DNA from: Nannocystaceae bacterium
Lineage (GTDB): Bacteria; Myxococcota_A; Polyangia; Nannocystales; Nannocystaceae
Reading direction: 5' to 3'
Assembly: GCA_019694555.1 (NCBI GenBank)
Contig: JAIBBS010000017.1
Location: 5,826 to 69,825 of the forward strand
DNA: 64,000 nucleotides
Part shown: piece after piece, positions 1 through 9,193 of the stretch
Layout: the number at the start of each line of letters is the position of its first letter
How positions within the stretch are numbered: the first letter of the stretch is position 1
Program-made: the position numbers and the translations under genes
Notes under the pieces: model-generated
What the model was told of the DNA's origin: nothing
The model's database searches: none
Seen by the model: the letters and a program-made list of their open reading frames with translations, nothing else

Positions 1-674
1 ACATCGAGCACACCCTCGGGGCTCGCGGCGCCCGGACGCGCAGCCACGGGTTGCACGTCGCCCATGCCGTGCTCGCGCGTGTTCGCGTGCTCGGGCACGA
101 AGCGATCGCCCCACGGGTAGTCGCGGCCGTCGACGCCCCGCGCCGCGCGTTCCCACTGCGCCTCGCTGGGCAGCGAGCCGAAGCCACCGTGCTGCTCGCC
201 CCACCACTGGCAGTAGGCCTCGGCTTCGACGCGGCTGACGAGCACCGCGGGCTCGTCGACCCGCGCCGGCTGTGGCCGACCTTCGTGCCAGGCGTAGCGC
301 GAAGGCGGCTGCGTCGCCGGCACGCTGCACACCGATTCCTGCCGGGCGGCCGACGCCGCATCGATCCACGGCTCGGGCGCACCGGTGCTCCACACGAACC
401 GCGCGTACTCGTCCTGCGTGACCGGGTGGATCATGATGTGGAACGCCGCGATGCGGACGCGGTGCTCGCTCAGCTCCGCGCGCACCGACGCGACGGCACC
501 GCGGGCATCGCTGCCGCTGCGCGCGGCCTGCTCGATCGCCCGCGAGCGCGAGTCGAGGCTCGAGCCCATGGTGAAGCTGCCGGCGTCGATCGTGACGGTG
601 CCGGCGGTGTCGAGGTTGCCGTGCACGCACGCGGTCGTGATCGCGAGCACGGCGAGCGATGCGAGCGCGCGCAT
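1..674 (-). CDS. FGE-sulfatase / SUMF1-domain protein, partial (N-terminus in window, C-terminus runs off the left edge)
   Basis: The minus-strand ATG at 674 gives MRALASLAVLAITTACVHG, a signal peptide. Downstream are W/Y/G-rich motifs typical of the formylglycine-generating-enzyme fold: HRVRIAAFHIMIHPVTQDEY, YCQWWG, RDYPWGD. This ORF is absent from the supplied track because it continues past position 1. Confidence 0.65.
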   Translation of the reverse strand, partial: MRALASLAVLAITTACVHGNLDTAGTVTIDAGSFTMGSSLDSRSRAIEQAARSGSDARGAVASVRAELSEHRVRIAAFHIMIHPVTQDEYARFVWSTGAPEPWIDAASAARQESVCSVPATQPPSRYAWHEGRPQPARVDEPAVLVSRVEAEAYCQWWGEQHGGFGSLPSEAQWERAARGVDGRDYPWGDRFVPEHANTREHGMGDVQPVAARPGAASPEGVLD

Positions 675-764
675 GCCCGGCTCATCGGCCGGCCGCGCGC
701 GCGACTGCAGCGCGGACCTGGCCGGGCCGCACCGCGATCGCGGCGGCCCGCGACGGCGCCCTGC

Positions 765-1646
765 TCACGAGCGCCGCGCGGCCGCGGCCTCGAGCGCGGG
801 ACGGAACTTCGCCAGCGCGTCGCCGAGCACCGGCGTGCCGTGGGCCGGCAGCACGTGCGCGAACGGCAGCTGCAGCACCGCACGCAGATCCTCCGCCGGC
901 GGCTTGCACTGCGACAACCATCCCGGGCCGACGTTGAGCGGCTTGATGAAGCCGAACATGCGCATCATCAGCGCGCCGAGCCAGCTGAAGAACTCGTCGC
1001 GCCGCTCCCAGTTCTGCAGCGCATCACCGGCGATCACCACACCGCCGTCGCGGGCGAGCAACAGCAGCGCCTCGGGCGGGGTCGAGCGGAACAGGTGCAC
1101 GCTCGCGTCGCGCAGCGGCAATCGGGTGCTCGCGTCGTAGCGCTCGTCGGGCTCGAAGTACGGCGGCGCCTTGGGCGAGAAGCCCGGCATGTACGGCGCA
1201 TCGACCGGCGCCCACACGCGCGCGCCGTAGTGCTCCTTGTAGAAGGGATCGTCCGCACCGTGGTTGCCCGCGAGCCGGATGACGTCGGTGACCTTGCCCA
1301 GGCGATCGAGCGCCTCGAGCCCCTGCGCGTCGAGACGCACGCTGTTGATCAGCACCAGACGTCCGCCCTCGCGCACCACCGTCATCGCGCGGCTGAAGCG
1401 GACCGGCAGCGGCCCCGGCATCGCCACGGTGCCGGTGACGAACCACAGATCGGGAAGCACCTCGGTGAGGACGCCATGCGGACGGGCGGGCGGATGCGGA
1501 CGCGGCTTCACCCTGGTGGCATAGCAATCGTCGGCGCCGCCGACGAGGTGGCGGATCGGCCAATGTCGGGGGTGATTTCCGCCAACCCGCGACCCGACGC
1601 GGTCGATGGGGCGGAAGCTCCGCTGCTTCCCCCCGTGCCCGGCCAC
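765..1646 (-). CDS. hypothetical protein (possible metallo-hydrolase fold)
   Basis: 293-codon ORF with a non-repetitive, balanced composition (W, F, Y and K present). The motif LVLINSVRLD...VIRLAGNHG resembles metallophosphoesterase or MBL-like hydrolases. The exact start is uncertain. Confidence 0.45.
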   Translation of the reverse strand: MAGHGGKQRSFRPIDRVGSRVGGNHPRHWPIRHLVGGADDCYATRVKPRPHPPARPHGVLTEVLPDLWFVTGTVAMPGPLPVRFSRAMTVVREGGRLVLINSVRLDAQGLEALDRLGKVTDVIRLAGNHGADDPFYKEHYGARVWAPVDAPYMPGFSPKAPPYFEPDERYDASTRLPLRDASVHLFRSTPPEALLLLARDGGVVIAGDALQNWERRDEFFSWLGALMMRMFGFIKPLNVGPGWLSQCKPPAEDLRAVLQLPFAHVLPAHGTPVLGDALAKFRPALEAAAARRS

Positions 1647-1671
1647 GCCGGGCTTCCCGTCGCTGCGCGCC

Positions 1672-2859
1672 TCAGTCGGCTCCGTCCCAGCGCTGCGCCA
1701 CGATGGTGCTGGCCTTGCGGTCGGGATCGTCCGGCGGCCCCGCGAGCAGCCACGCGGTGGTCTCGTCGATCCACAGCGGCCGCAGCCACTGCAGGCCCGC
1801 CGGCGGCGCGACGTCGCGTTGCTCGCCGTCGTGCAGCCGCGTGATCACGGCGCGCTCGCCATGATCGATCGTGAGCACACGGCCGTCGTCGGCGACCATG
1901 CCCCAGCCGCCGTGGCCGAGCCGGTCCGGCAGCGGTGCGACCGCGCGCGGGGACGCGTCGTCGCCGGGCGCGAGCCACAGCGTCGCGTCGCGGTACCACG
2001 CCGCGGGATCGAGCTGCGCGTCGACCCACACGATCGCGCCGCTGCGGCGATCGATCGCGAGCTCGGAGAGCTCGCCGGCCGCGGCGTGCGAGGCCACCGC
2101 GGCGTGATCGAGCGCGCGCACGAGCGTGCGACGATCGAGCGCCTGCAGCAGTGCACCCCGCGGCAGCGCGCGCGGCCGCGTCGCGCCGGTCGCGACCGGC
2201 ACCAGCGCGCCCGCGGGATCGACCGCGACCACGCCCGAGGCCTCGAGCTCGACCCAGGTCTCGGGATCGCCGACCGCGAGGTGGCTCGCGAGCTCGGGCA
2301 GCACCACGCGCTCGAGCGCCGCATCGCCCCACGGCCGCCGCACCAGCGCATCGCGGGTCGCGCCCGCGGTGTGCACGATCGCCGCGACGCCGCGCTCGCC
2401 GACCGCGACGCGCACGGCACAACCGTCGGGCGCGCCCGGATCGGCGCGCAGGCCGAACACCGCCGCGCCGCGCAGCGGCGTGACCACGTGGGTCCAGCCC
2501 TGCAACGCGCGCTGGCTCGAGTCGCCCTCGTGGCGCATGTACGTGAGCAACGGTGCCCCGCCGACGCGACGCACCGGCTCGGGGCCGTGCACCGACAGCG
2601 TGTTGTGGGTCGCGCTCGACCACGGCGTCGCGAGCTGCTCGCAGCCCTCGCCGCAGCCGGTCCACGTCGGTGCACCGAGCTCGGTCGCGGGCGCGGCCAC
2701 CACCGTGACCCCGCACGCGCCGTCGCGGACCGCGAGCTCGGGCGCCGCCGCCGGCGCGGGCTCGGGCTGCGGCGACGCGCGCCGCGACGGCGCGCTCGAC
2801 CACGCCGCGGGGGCGGTGCACGCCGCCGACAGCAGCAACACGCTCGCCAGGTGGCGCAT
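1672..2859 (-). CDS. secreted hypothetical protein
   Basis: An internal ATG at 2859 gives MRHLASVLLLSAACTAP, a signal peptide. It overlaps the stop of the upstream protease by 1 nt, suggesting an operon. The ORF track extends it upstream into Arg-rich junk. Confidence 0.55.
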   Translation of the reverse strand: MRHLASVLLLSAACTAPAAWSSAPSRRASPQPEPAPAAAPELAVRDGACGVTVVAAPATELGAPTWTGCGEGCEQLATPWSSATHNTLSVHGPEPVRRVGGAPLLTYMRHEGDSSQRALQGWTHVVTPLRGAAVFGLRADPGAPDGCAVRVAVGERGVAAIVHTAGATRDALVRRPWGDAALERVVLPELASHLAVGDPETWVELEASGVVAVDPAGALVPVATGATRPRALPRGALLQALDRRTLVRALDHAAVASHAAAGELSELAIDRRSGAIVWVDAQLDPAAWYRDATLWLAPGDDASPRAVAPLPDRLGHGGWGMVADDGRVLTIDHGERAVITRLHDGEQRDVAPPAGLQWLRPLWIDETTAWLLAGPPDDPDRKASTIVAQRWDGAD

Positions 2860-5609
2860 CAGAACGCGGCCTCCATCGCGCGGATGTCGAGCTCCTGCTC
2901 GCCGACCGCCACGCGATGCGACACCGGGGCCGACTGCGGCAGCGCGCCCAGCCAGTACACGCCGTGGCTGGTCGCGTGGGCCGGCAGCGCGAGCATGTCT
3001 TGCGCGTGCTCCTGCGCCCACAGGTGCACGCCGGTGTCGTCGAACGTCAACACCGACACGACCACGTGCCACGGCGCGGACGATGTCACCACCAGCTCGC
3101 TGCGCGGGCCGATCGTGAGCGCGAGCGTCTCGAACGCGTGCGCGTCGGGCCACGCGCCCACGACCTCGACCGTGCGGCCGCGCGGGAACCGGAGCAGCCG
3201 CGCGCCGAACTGCTCGTCGACGCGGTCGATCGCGTAGTAGGCGTCGTCGCTGGCGTCGTACGCCAGCGACAGCACCTGGCCCGGCCGCACGTCGCCGATG
3301 AAGCGCTCGTACTCGGTCTCGCCGGTGTCGAGGTCGATCGTGCGCAGCATCGGCTGGCCCTGCACGTCGCGTTCGAACACCGCCAGCTCCTGGCGACGGG
3401 CCGACATCGCCGCGACCAGCCCTCCGGCGGTGGGCACCTGCGGCTCGCTGTACGGCGCGGGCTCGACGTGCAGCAGACCGTCGTTGCGCACCACCATCAT
3501 GAGCCGGCCGCCGGCATCGAAGAACGCACCGACCGCGCCGCCGTGCGCGGCACCGCCTGCGTCGCCGGCGAACACCGGCACCATGCCGGGGTCGCGCAGG
3601 TGCATCACCAGCTCGTGGTCGATCACGTCGCCACCGCCGCGCACGCCACCGCCGGCGGCGAGCAGCAGCACCTCGTCACCACCCATCGGGTCGTGCGGGA
3701 CGCCGGTGAACCAGCCATCGTCCGCACCGATGCAGTCGCTACACGGCAGATCGAACGGATCGACGTAGGGATCGACGAGCGGGACCTTGAACCATGGGAT
3801 CGTGTCGCACGGCAGCGGCACCGGCGGCGTGGCGACCTCGTCGACGGTGATCCGCGCGAAGTTCTGCCGCCGCCGTTGCTCGGACTCGGTGCCGGTGATG
3901 GTGCCGGGCGCCGGCGGCGAGCCGATGCTGTTCCAGTGGGTCCCGACCCACGCCCACGCCAGGCCGTCGAAGACCTCGGTCACGGCACCGGGCACCACCG
4001 GTCCGAGCGAGAGATCGGCCCAGTAGTTCCAGCCCAGCCGCCGCGGTGTCGGCGAGATCGGCGTCGTGGTCTTGGTCAGCGACGGGTGCGTGGTGGCGAA
4101 GCGACCGCCGCCGTCGGTGACGACGGTGCCGCTCGCCATCTCCGTCAGCGTCATCGAGCGCCAACCCCACGGCATGCCGACGCTGTCGCGGTTGCAGCTG
4201 TAGCTCATGGCGCAGATGCTGGGATCGCTGGACTCGCACGAGCACGACAGCATGCGCGTGATGCCATCCTGGTCGGCACCGGTGCCGACGAACGACTCCG
4301 CGACGATGACGTTGCCGTAGGAGATGCCGCAGTCGCCCGCGGACGGGTAGCCGCCGCAGATGGGCTCGCGCGAGAACTCGCAGGCGATGCGGCGACCGTC
4401 GGGCCGGGTGTCGTCGAAGCGGTCGTAGCTCGCCGTCAGCCGCGTCTGCGGATAGGGATCGCAGACGTCGCCGGGGAAGTTGGTCTCGACGTAGAAGTCG
4501 TCGCGCGGCGGCTCCACGCCGGCGGCGTAGGCCTTGGCGTAGGCCTCGCGCTCGGCCGCGAGGTTGCTGTTGCGCTGATCGGGGTTGGCGATGAGCCGAC
4601 AGTTGTCGCAGTGATCACCGCGCCAGTCGCCGTCGCTGTTGACCTGCGTGGGGTTGAAGACCTCGGGGCAGTTGTCGCACGCCGCGCCCACGCCGTCGCC
4701 GTCCGGATCGGCGCCGGTGCACTCGCCCTCCCAGGTGCCGCTCTTCTTCGACCACGCGGTGTCGTAGATGAAGTCGTGGTTGTCGGGCGCGTCGGTCTGC
4801 GCCCAGTAGCTGGTGGTCTCGTTCGACATCGACGCGACGCCGCACACCAGCGGCGGGCTGGTCTTGTTGAACAACGGCCCGCCCGAGTCCCCGCGCAGGA
4901 TCCCGCGGTACTCGTCGAAGATGAACGAGGTCTCGCACAGGCCGTCTTCACATTCGATGTCGCTCTCGTAGGCCTGCCGCGTGGTCGCGCGCTCGCCCGG
5001 GCTGTCGAGTCGACCCCAGCCGGTGTAGCGCCCGGAGAACTCGCCCGGACACGTGATGCCCGGCTCCCACGCGTGCACCGGTTGGATGTTCCACAGCCCC
5101 GGCCCCGTGCCCACCGGCATGCGGCGATCGAGCTCGAGCACCGCGATGTCGTGCGGTGCGAAGTCGGAGGTCCACGGCGCCGTGTCGCGCAACCACCCGC
5201 GGATCGCCGTGGCGGTGTGCGTGGGGTGATCGGACTTGTGCAGGCCCACGCCGATGCTGACGCTCTTGCTGCCCTTGATCGCCCAGTCGGTGCCGTACGG
5301 GCTCACCGTCACGGGCACGCCCCACATCCCCGGCACGCCCTCTTCGTTGGACGTGAGGCAGTGATTCGCGGTCAACACCCGCGTCGGTGAGATCAACGTG
5401 CCGGTGCACAGCGCGTCGCCGGCGTTGGTCAGACGCACCGACGCGTTCGCCAGCGGCGTGTCGACGTCGTCCCAGCCGTGACGGATCCGCGGCTGCTCGC
5501 CGGGGTCGCGCGGGTGCTCGTTGGCTGCGCAGCCGACGGTGGCGAGCAACGCCGCAGCGCTCGCGCGGCAGAAGCGATTGCGGCAAGACGATCGAAGGGA
5601 CGGACGCAT
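2859..5609 (-). CDS. trypsin-like S1 serine protease with thrombospondin type-3 (TSP3) Ca-binding repeats and a large C-terminal extension
   Basis: S1 protease motifs are present: TANHC (His), DIAVLEL (Asp) and GDSGGPL (Ser). They are followed by DxDxDGxxDxCDNC repeats (ADPDGDGVGAACDNCPEVFNPTQVNSDGDWRGDHCDNC). The start is the ATG at 5609 (MRPSLRSS..., a signal-like N-terminus). Confidence 0.85.
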   Translation of the reverse strand: MRPSLRSSCRNRFCRASAAALLATVGCAANEHPRDPGEQPRIRHGWDDVDTPLANASVRLTNAGDALCTGTLISPTRVLTANHCLTSNEEGVPGMWGVPVTVSPYGTDWAIKGSKSVSIGVGLHKSDHPTHTATAIRGWLRDTAPWTSDFAPHDIAVLELDRRMPVGTGPGLWNIQPVHAWEPGITCPGEFSGRYTGWGRLDSPGERATTRQAYESDIECEDGLCETSFIFDEYRGILRGDSGGPLFNKTSPPLVCGVASMSNETTSYWAQTDAPDNHDFIYDTAWSKKSGTWEGECTGADPDGDGVGAACDNCPEVFNPTQVNSDGDWRGDHCDNCRLIANPDQRNSNLAAEREAYAKAYAAGVEPPRDDFYVETNFPGDVCDPYPQTRLTASYDRFDDTRPDGRRIACEFSREPICGGYPSAGDCGISYGNVIVAESFVGTGADQDGITRMLSCSCESSDPSICAMSYSCNRDSVGMPWGWRSMTLTEMASGTVVTDGGGRFATTHPSLTKTTTPISPTPRRLGWNYWADLSLGPVVPGAVTEVFDGLAWAWVGTHWNSIGSPPAPGTITGTESEQRRRQNFARITVDEVATPPVPLPCDTIPWFKVPLVDPYVDPFDLPCSDCIGADDGWFTGVPHDPMGGDEVLLLAAGGGVRGGGDVIDHELVMHLRDPGMVPVFAGDAGGAAHGGAVGAFFDAGGRLMMVVRNDGLLHVEPAPYSEPQVPTAGGLVAAMSARRQELAVFERDVQGQPMLRTIDLDTGETEYERFIGDVRPGQVLSLAYDASDDAYYAIDRVDEQFGARLLRFPRGRTVEVVGAWPDAHAFETLALTIGPRSELVVTSSAPWHVVVSVLTFDDTGVHLWAQEHAQDMLALPAHATSHGVYWLGALPQSAPVSHRVAVGEQELDIRAMEAAF

Positions 5610-5729
5610 CGCGGATTTCCTCGGTAGGCCGGCGCGACGCCGGCACACCGGACTGACCCGCTGGGGTCCGATCCGTCTCGCGAAAAAACGCGCCGACCGA
5701 GCAAGGCCCGCCGGCGAGACGCGCGGTGC

Positions 5730-6227
5730 TCAGAACTCGATGCGCCACGCGAGCGCGAGGCCGCGTCCGCGCGAGTACATCCGCAAGCTGTGACGCTGCA
5801 CCAGCTTGCCGTCGCGACGGATGCCGAGCACCGGCAGTCCCGCGGACGCGACCGAGCCCACCGCCGTCAGCGCGGTCGCACCGGCACCGGGCCGGTGCAC
5901 CAGCACGTCGCCACGCATCTCGGCGAGCCCCAGCACCAGCTGCTCGCGGCGCTGCGGCGCGAACGGATCGAGCGCGCTGCCGCCGTCACCGGCCATGATC
6001 CACCGCGTCCACGTCAGCTCGCGACCCGCACGCATCTCCGTCAGCCACGGCCGCAGCGACACCACCGGCGCGTCCGCGGAACGCAGCAACACCGCGCCGT
6101 CTTGCGGCTCGGCGCTCTCGTCCGCACGCGCGGGCGTTGCCGCTGCGAGCACGCCAAAAGCCAACGCGGTCGCGCCCAGTCGGGCGAAACGGCGTCCCAA
6201 GCGGCGGTCTGTCGACGCGATCCCCAT
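5730..6227 (-). CDS. secreted hypothetical protein (165 aa)
   Basis: The ATG at 6227 gives MGIASTDRRLGRRFARLGATALAFGVLAAATPARA, a signal peptide. The rest of the listed 695-aa ORF is Arg/Gln-rich junk. Confidence 0.5.
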   Translation of the reverse strand: MGIASTDRRLGRRFARLGATALAFGVLAAATPARADESAEPQDGAVLLRSADAPVVSLRPWLTEMRAGRELTWTRWIMAGDGGSALDPFAPQRREQLVLGLAEMRGDVLVHRPGAGATALTAVGSVASAGLPVLGIRRDGKLVQRHSLRMYSRGRGLALAWRIEF

Positions 6228-6591
6228 CGCGCCAGATGAGGCTACCGTTTGGCGCGCGCGTCGTGAAGCCCGTTTGTCGCCCATCGGTAGGCTCGTGGGG
6301 GGAGACATCGACCCCCAGAACGCCGGGGATGTGCCGCGCCCTACGCCAGCGGCGCGCGATCGGTACGATTTTGGTGGCACGGCTGCGCCCCACGGTCCAA
6401 AGCCGCCCACGCCGTGGCATGGGGTGCGCACCGGCTCGGGGCCGATCGCGGCCACGGCCGCTGCGAGCGCCCAGGCGGCGCGCAGCCGCGCACCGGCCGG
6501 CCCCGCGGGCTTCGTGCGCGTCGAGCAGCCTCGCAACCCGGAGCGTACGGGCGACGCGGCGGCTGCAGTACGATGCGGGCGCCTTCTTGCC

Positions 6592-6789
6592 ATGGAGGAC
6601 GAGACCCGAGTCCTGCGCGCCATCAGCACGGTGATGTTCGTGCTCGGCATGGGTGCGCTGCTGCTGTTCCTGCGCGATCCGTCGCTGCAGCGCCAACCGC
6701 AGGCGATCCTCTTCGGCGCGACCGCGACCGTCGGCGCCTCGGTCCTGCGTGCGCTCGCGCGGCTGCTGGGTCGGCGGCCGCCGCAATGA
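6592..6789 (+). CDS. small hydrophobic protein (65 aa)
   Basis: MEDETRVLRAISTVMFVLGMGALLLFLRDP... contains one predicted TM helix. Its stop overlaps the permease ATG in an ATGA arrangement. Confidence 0.3.
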   Translation: MEDETRVLRAISTVMFVLGMGALLLFLRDPSLQRQPQAILFGATATVGASVLRALARLLGRRPPQ

Positions 6790-8234
6790 GTCCGGTGGCG
6801 AAGCAGGCGCCCGTGGACCCGTGGCTGCGCGGCGCGCTCGTGCTCGCGGCGATGCTCGCGACCGCGACGTTGCTGCTGGGCGTCGTCGATGCGCTCGCGG
6901 AGGCGATCCCCGATCGCGCCGCGATCGCGCTCGCGGCCACAAGCCTCGCGCGCACCGGCGCGATCGTGCTCGTGACCGCGGTGGTCGCGACGGTGATCGC
7001 ATGGCCGCTCGCGCGTGCGGTGCCGTCGTCGCTGCTGCTGGGCTGGGCGCTGGTCGGTGCACCGGCGCGCAGCCTGGGGGTGCTCGATCTGGGCCTGGCC
7101 CCCGGCGCGCTCGCGATCGCCTACGCGTCGATCCTCGGTGGCGCACCGTGGATCGCGCTGTTGGTGCAGCTGCGGCGCGAAGCGCTGCCACGCGGCGTGC
7201 TCGAGGCCGCGCAGGATCTCGGCGCCTCGCCGCTGCGCGCGTGGTGGACCGTGGAGCTGCCGCTGTGCCGCGGCGCGCTGGGCTTCGGCCTGATGTGGTG
7301 CGCGCTGCAACAGCTCGCCGATGCCACCACGTGGGAGCTCGCGGGCGGCGGCAAGCTGTACTCGACGGCGCTGGTGCTGCGCGACGCGGCGCTCGAGGAC
7401 GACGCACCGGCGCTGGTGTCCGCGGTGCTGCTGGGGCTGTTGGCGACGAGCGTGCCGCTGTCGTGGTGGATCGCGTCGATGTTGCGGCGCATCGCGATGG
7501 ATCCGACCGCGGCCCCGCGCGCGCACTGGCACGGGCCTGCGCGCGGCCTCGCGATCGCGCTGGCGATCCTGGTCGCGCTGCCGCTGGTGGCGCTGGTGCC
7601 CGCGGCGCTGCATCCGATCGGTCCGCTCGACGCCCGGCTCGCGTCGCGGCTGCAGCCGACGATGGTGGTCATCGCCGGCACCGCGGCGCTGGGCGTGCCG
7701 CTGGGCGCGGCCGCGGCGATCGCCAACGAGCGCTGGGCGCGACTGCTGCCGGCGGTGCTGCTGCCGCTGGTGATCCCGCCGGGCGCGTACGCAGCCGCGA
7801 CGCTGTTCGCGGCGCACGGGCTGGGCTGGCCGCCGGGCCCGTCGCTGATGATCGCCGCGAGCACGCCGACCGCGGTCGCGCTGGCGTTCGTGGTCACGAC
7901 GCTGGCGCTGCCGCGCGTCGCACCGACGCTGCGCGAGGCCGCTGCGAACCTGGGCGCGGGCGCGTGGGCGCGGCTGCGGTGGCTGTGGTGGCCGCGGCTG
8001 GCGCCCGCGTGGGCCGGCGCGGCGGTGCTGGTCGCGGCGTGGTGCCTCAACGACACCGCGGTCGCGCCGTACCTCGCGGGGCCGGGCGACAGCACGCTCG
8101 CGATCGCCACGACCACCGCATACCGCGGCCTCGATGCCGCGACCGCGACGCGATGGGCGCTGCTGCAGGCGACGACCGCGATCCTGGCCGCACTCGCGCT
8201 GCCGCGGCTGCGCGCCGCACGGAGTCGTGCATGA
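6786..8234 (+). CDS. ABC transporter permease, fused PotB/PotC-like double-domain protein
   Basis: Two EAA-loop motifs are present: EAAQDLGASPLRAWWTVELPL and REAAANLGAGAWARLRWLWWPRL. The protein has a polytopic membrane composition. Its stop overlaps the ATPase start (ATGA). Confidence 0.85.
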   Translation: MSPVAKQAPVDPWLRGALVLAAMLATATLLLGVVDALAEAIPDRAAIALAATSLARTGAIVLVTAVVATVIAWPLARAVPSSLLLGWALVGAPARSLGVLDLGLAPGALAIAYASILGGAPWIALLVQLRREALPRGVLEAAQDLGASPLRAWWTVELPLCRGALGFGLMWCALQQLADATTWELAGGGKLYSTALVLRDAALEDDAPALVSAVLLGLLATSVPLSWWIASMLRRIAMDPTAAPRAHWHGPARGLAIALAILVALPLVALVPAALHPIGPLDARLASRLQPTMVVIAGTAALGVPLGAAAAIANERWARLLPAVLLPLVIPPGAYAAATLFAAHGLGWPPGPSLMIAASTPTAVALAFVVTTLALPRVAPTLREAAANLGAGAWARLRWLWWPRLAPAWAGAAVLVAAWCLNDTAVAPYLAGPGDSTLAIATTTAYRGLDAATATRWALLQATTAILAALALPRLRAARSRA

Positions 8235-9193
8235 CGCTGACGATCGACGGGCTGTGCAAGCGTCACCCCGGCAGCGCGCACGCGGTCGGGCCCATCGATC
8301 TCGCGTTGCCCAGCGCCGGCTACGTCTGCGTGATGGGGCCGTCGGGCTGCGGCAAGACCACGCTGCTGCGGCTCGTCGCGGGGCTCGAGCGGGCCGACGC
8401 CGGCAGCGTCACGCTGCGGGGCACGCGGATCGACGGCCTGCCACCCGAGGCCCGCCCGACACGCTTGCTGTTCCAAAGCGGCGCCCTGTTCCCGCACCTG
8501 GACGTCGCGGCGAACATCGGCTTCGCGCTGCGACTCGCCGGTCGCAGCGCCGACGCGATCGATCGCCGCGTGCGCGCGCTGGCGACGATGGTCGAGCTGC
8601 CCGAAGCCCTGCTGTCGCGCACGCCCGAGGGCCTCTCGGGCGGCGAGCGCCAGCGCGTGGCACTGGCGCGCGCGCTGGCCGACGATCCGCCGGTGCTGCT
8701 GCTCGACGAGCCGCTGTCGGCGATCGATCGCCCGCAGCGCGCGAGCCTGCGCGAGCGGCTGCGGGTGCTGCAACGCGAGGCCGAGCGGCTGTTCGTGCAC
8801 GTCACGCACGACCCCGACGAGGCGCTCGCGCTCGCCGATCTGCTGGTCGTGATGGACGAGGGCCGCGTCTGTGCGCAGGGCCCCGCCGAGGCGCTGTACC
8901 AACACCCGCCCGATCGCGCGACCGCGCGTCTGCTCGGCGAGCTCACCGCGGTGCCCGGAGATCCCCGGCGTGCGCTGCGGCCCGAACACCTGCGCGCCGT
9001 CGCGGCCGACGGCGCACGCGCGCGGGCATCGGTGGTGTCGCGTCAGCGCACCGGCGAGTGTGTCGAGTTGACGCTGCGATCGCGCGACGACGGCCCGGCC
9101 GTGCGGTTGCGGGCCTTGCAGTCGCATGCCAACCTCGGCGACGAGATCGGCCTGTGCTGGGACGACGACGACGTGATGGACTTCCCACCCTGA
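8231..9193 (+). CDS. potA: ABC transporter ATP-binding protein (PotA-like)
   Basis: Walker A (GPSGCGKTT), the LSGGERQRVALARAL signature, Walker B (LLLDEPLSAID) and the H-loop are all present. Confidence 0.9.
   Translation: MTLTIDGLCKRHPGSAHAVGPIDLALPSAGYVCVMGPSGCGKTTLLRLVAGLERADAGSVTLRGTRIDGLPPEARPTRLLFQSGALFPHLDVAANIGFALRLAGRSADAIDRRVRALATMVELPEALLSRTPEGLSGGERQRVALARALADDPPVLLLDEPLSAIDRPQRASLRERLRVLQREAERLFVHVTHDPDEALALADLLVVMDEGRVCAQGPAEALYQHPPDRATARLLGELTAVPGDPRRALRPEHLRAVAADGARARASVVSRQRTGECVELTLRSRDDGPAVRLRALQSHANLGDEIGLCWDDDDVMDFPP

Noticed and set aside
51-1844. 597-aa plus-strand ORF and the nested or antisense ORFs at 385..1140, 470..883, 1024..1563 and 1508..2821
   Set aside because: They are extreme Arg/Ala/Gly/Pro low-complexity translations with no recognisable motifs. 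They run antisense to, or out of frame with, the FGE-sulfatase-domain gene and the genes at 765..1646 and 1672..2859, which have real signal peptides and balanced composition. Long open antisense frames like these are typical of stop-codon-poor high-GC DNA.
2916-5390. 824-aa plus-strand ORF antisense to the S1 protease gene, and the similar giant antisense ORFs opposite the permease, S9A, beta-propeller, fhs, MVP, STK and RND genes (for example 7121..9127, 21726..23723, 25401..27971, 28469..30616, 31592..33472, 33776..36154, 36900..39827, 45497..48241)
   Set aside because: Each is the mirror strand of a gene with strong family-level evidence. The products are Arg/Asp/Gly/His-rich with no motifs, and coding-strand choice is unambiguous from conserved catalytic motifs on the opposite strand.
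5730-7817. 695-aa minus-strand ORF
   Set aside because: Only the last 165 codons (from the ATG at 6227, which carries a signal peptide) look protein-like. The upstream 530 codons are Arg/Gln/His-rich junk that overlaps the well-supported plus-strand potBC permease gene.
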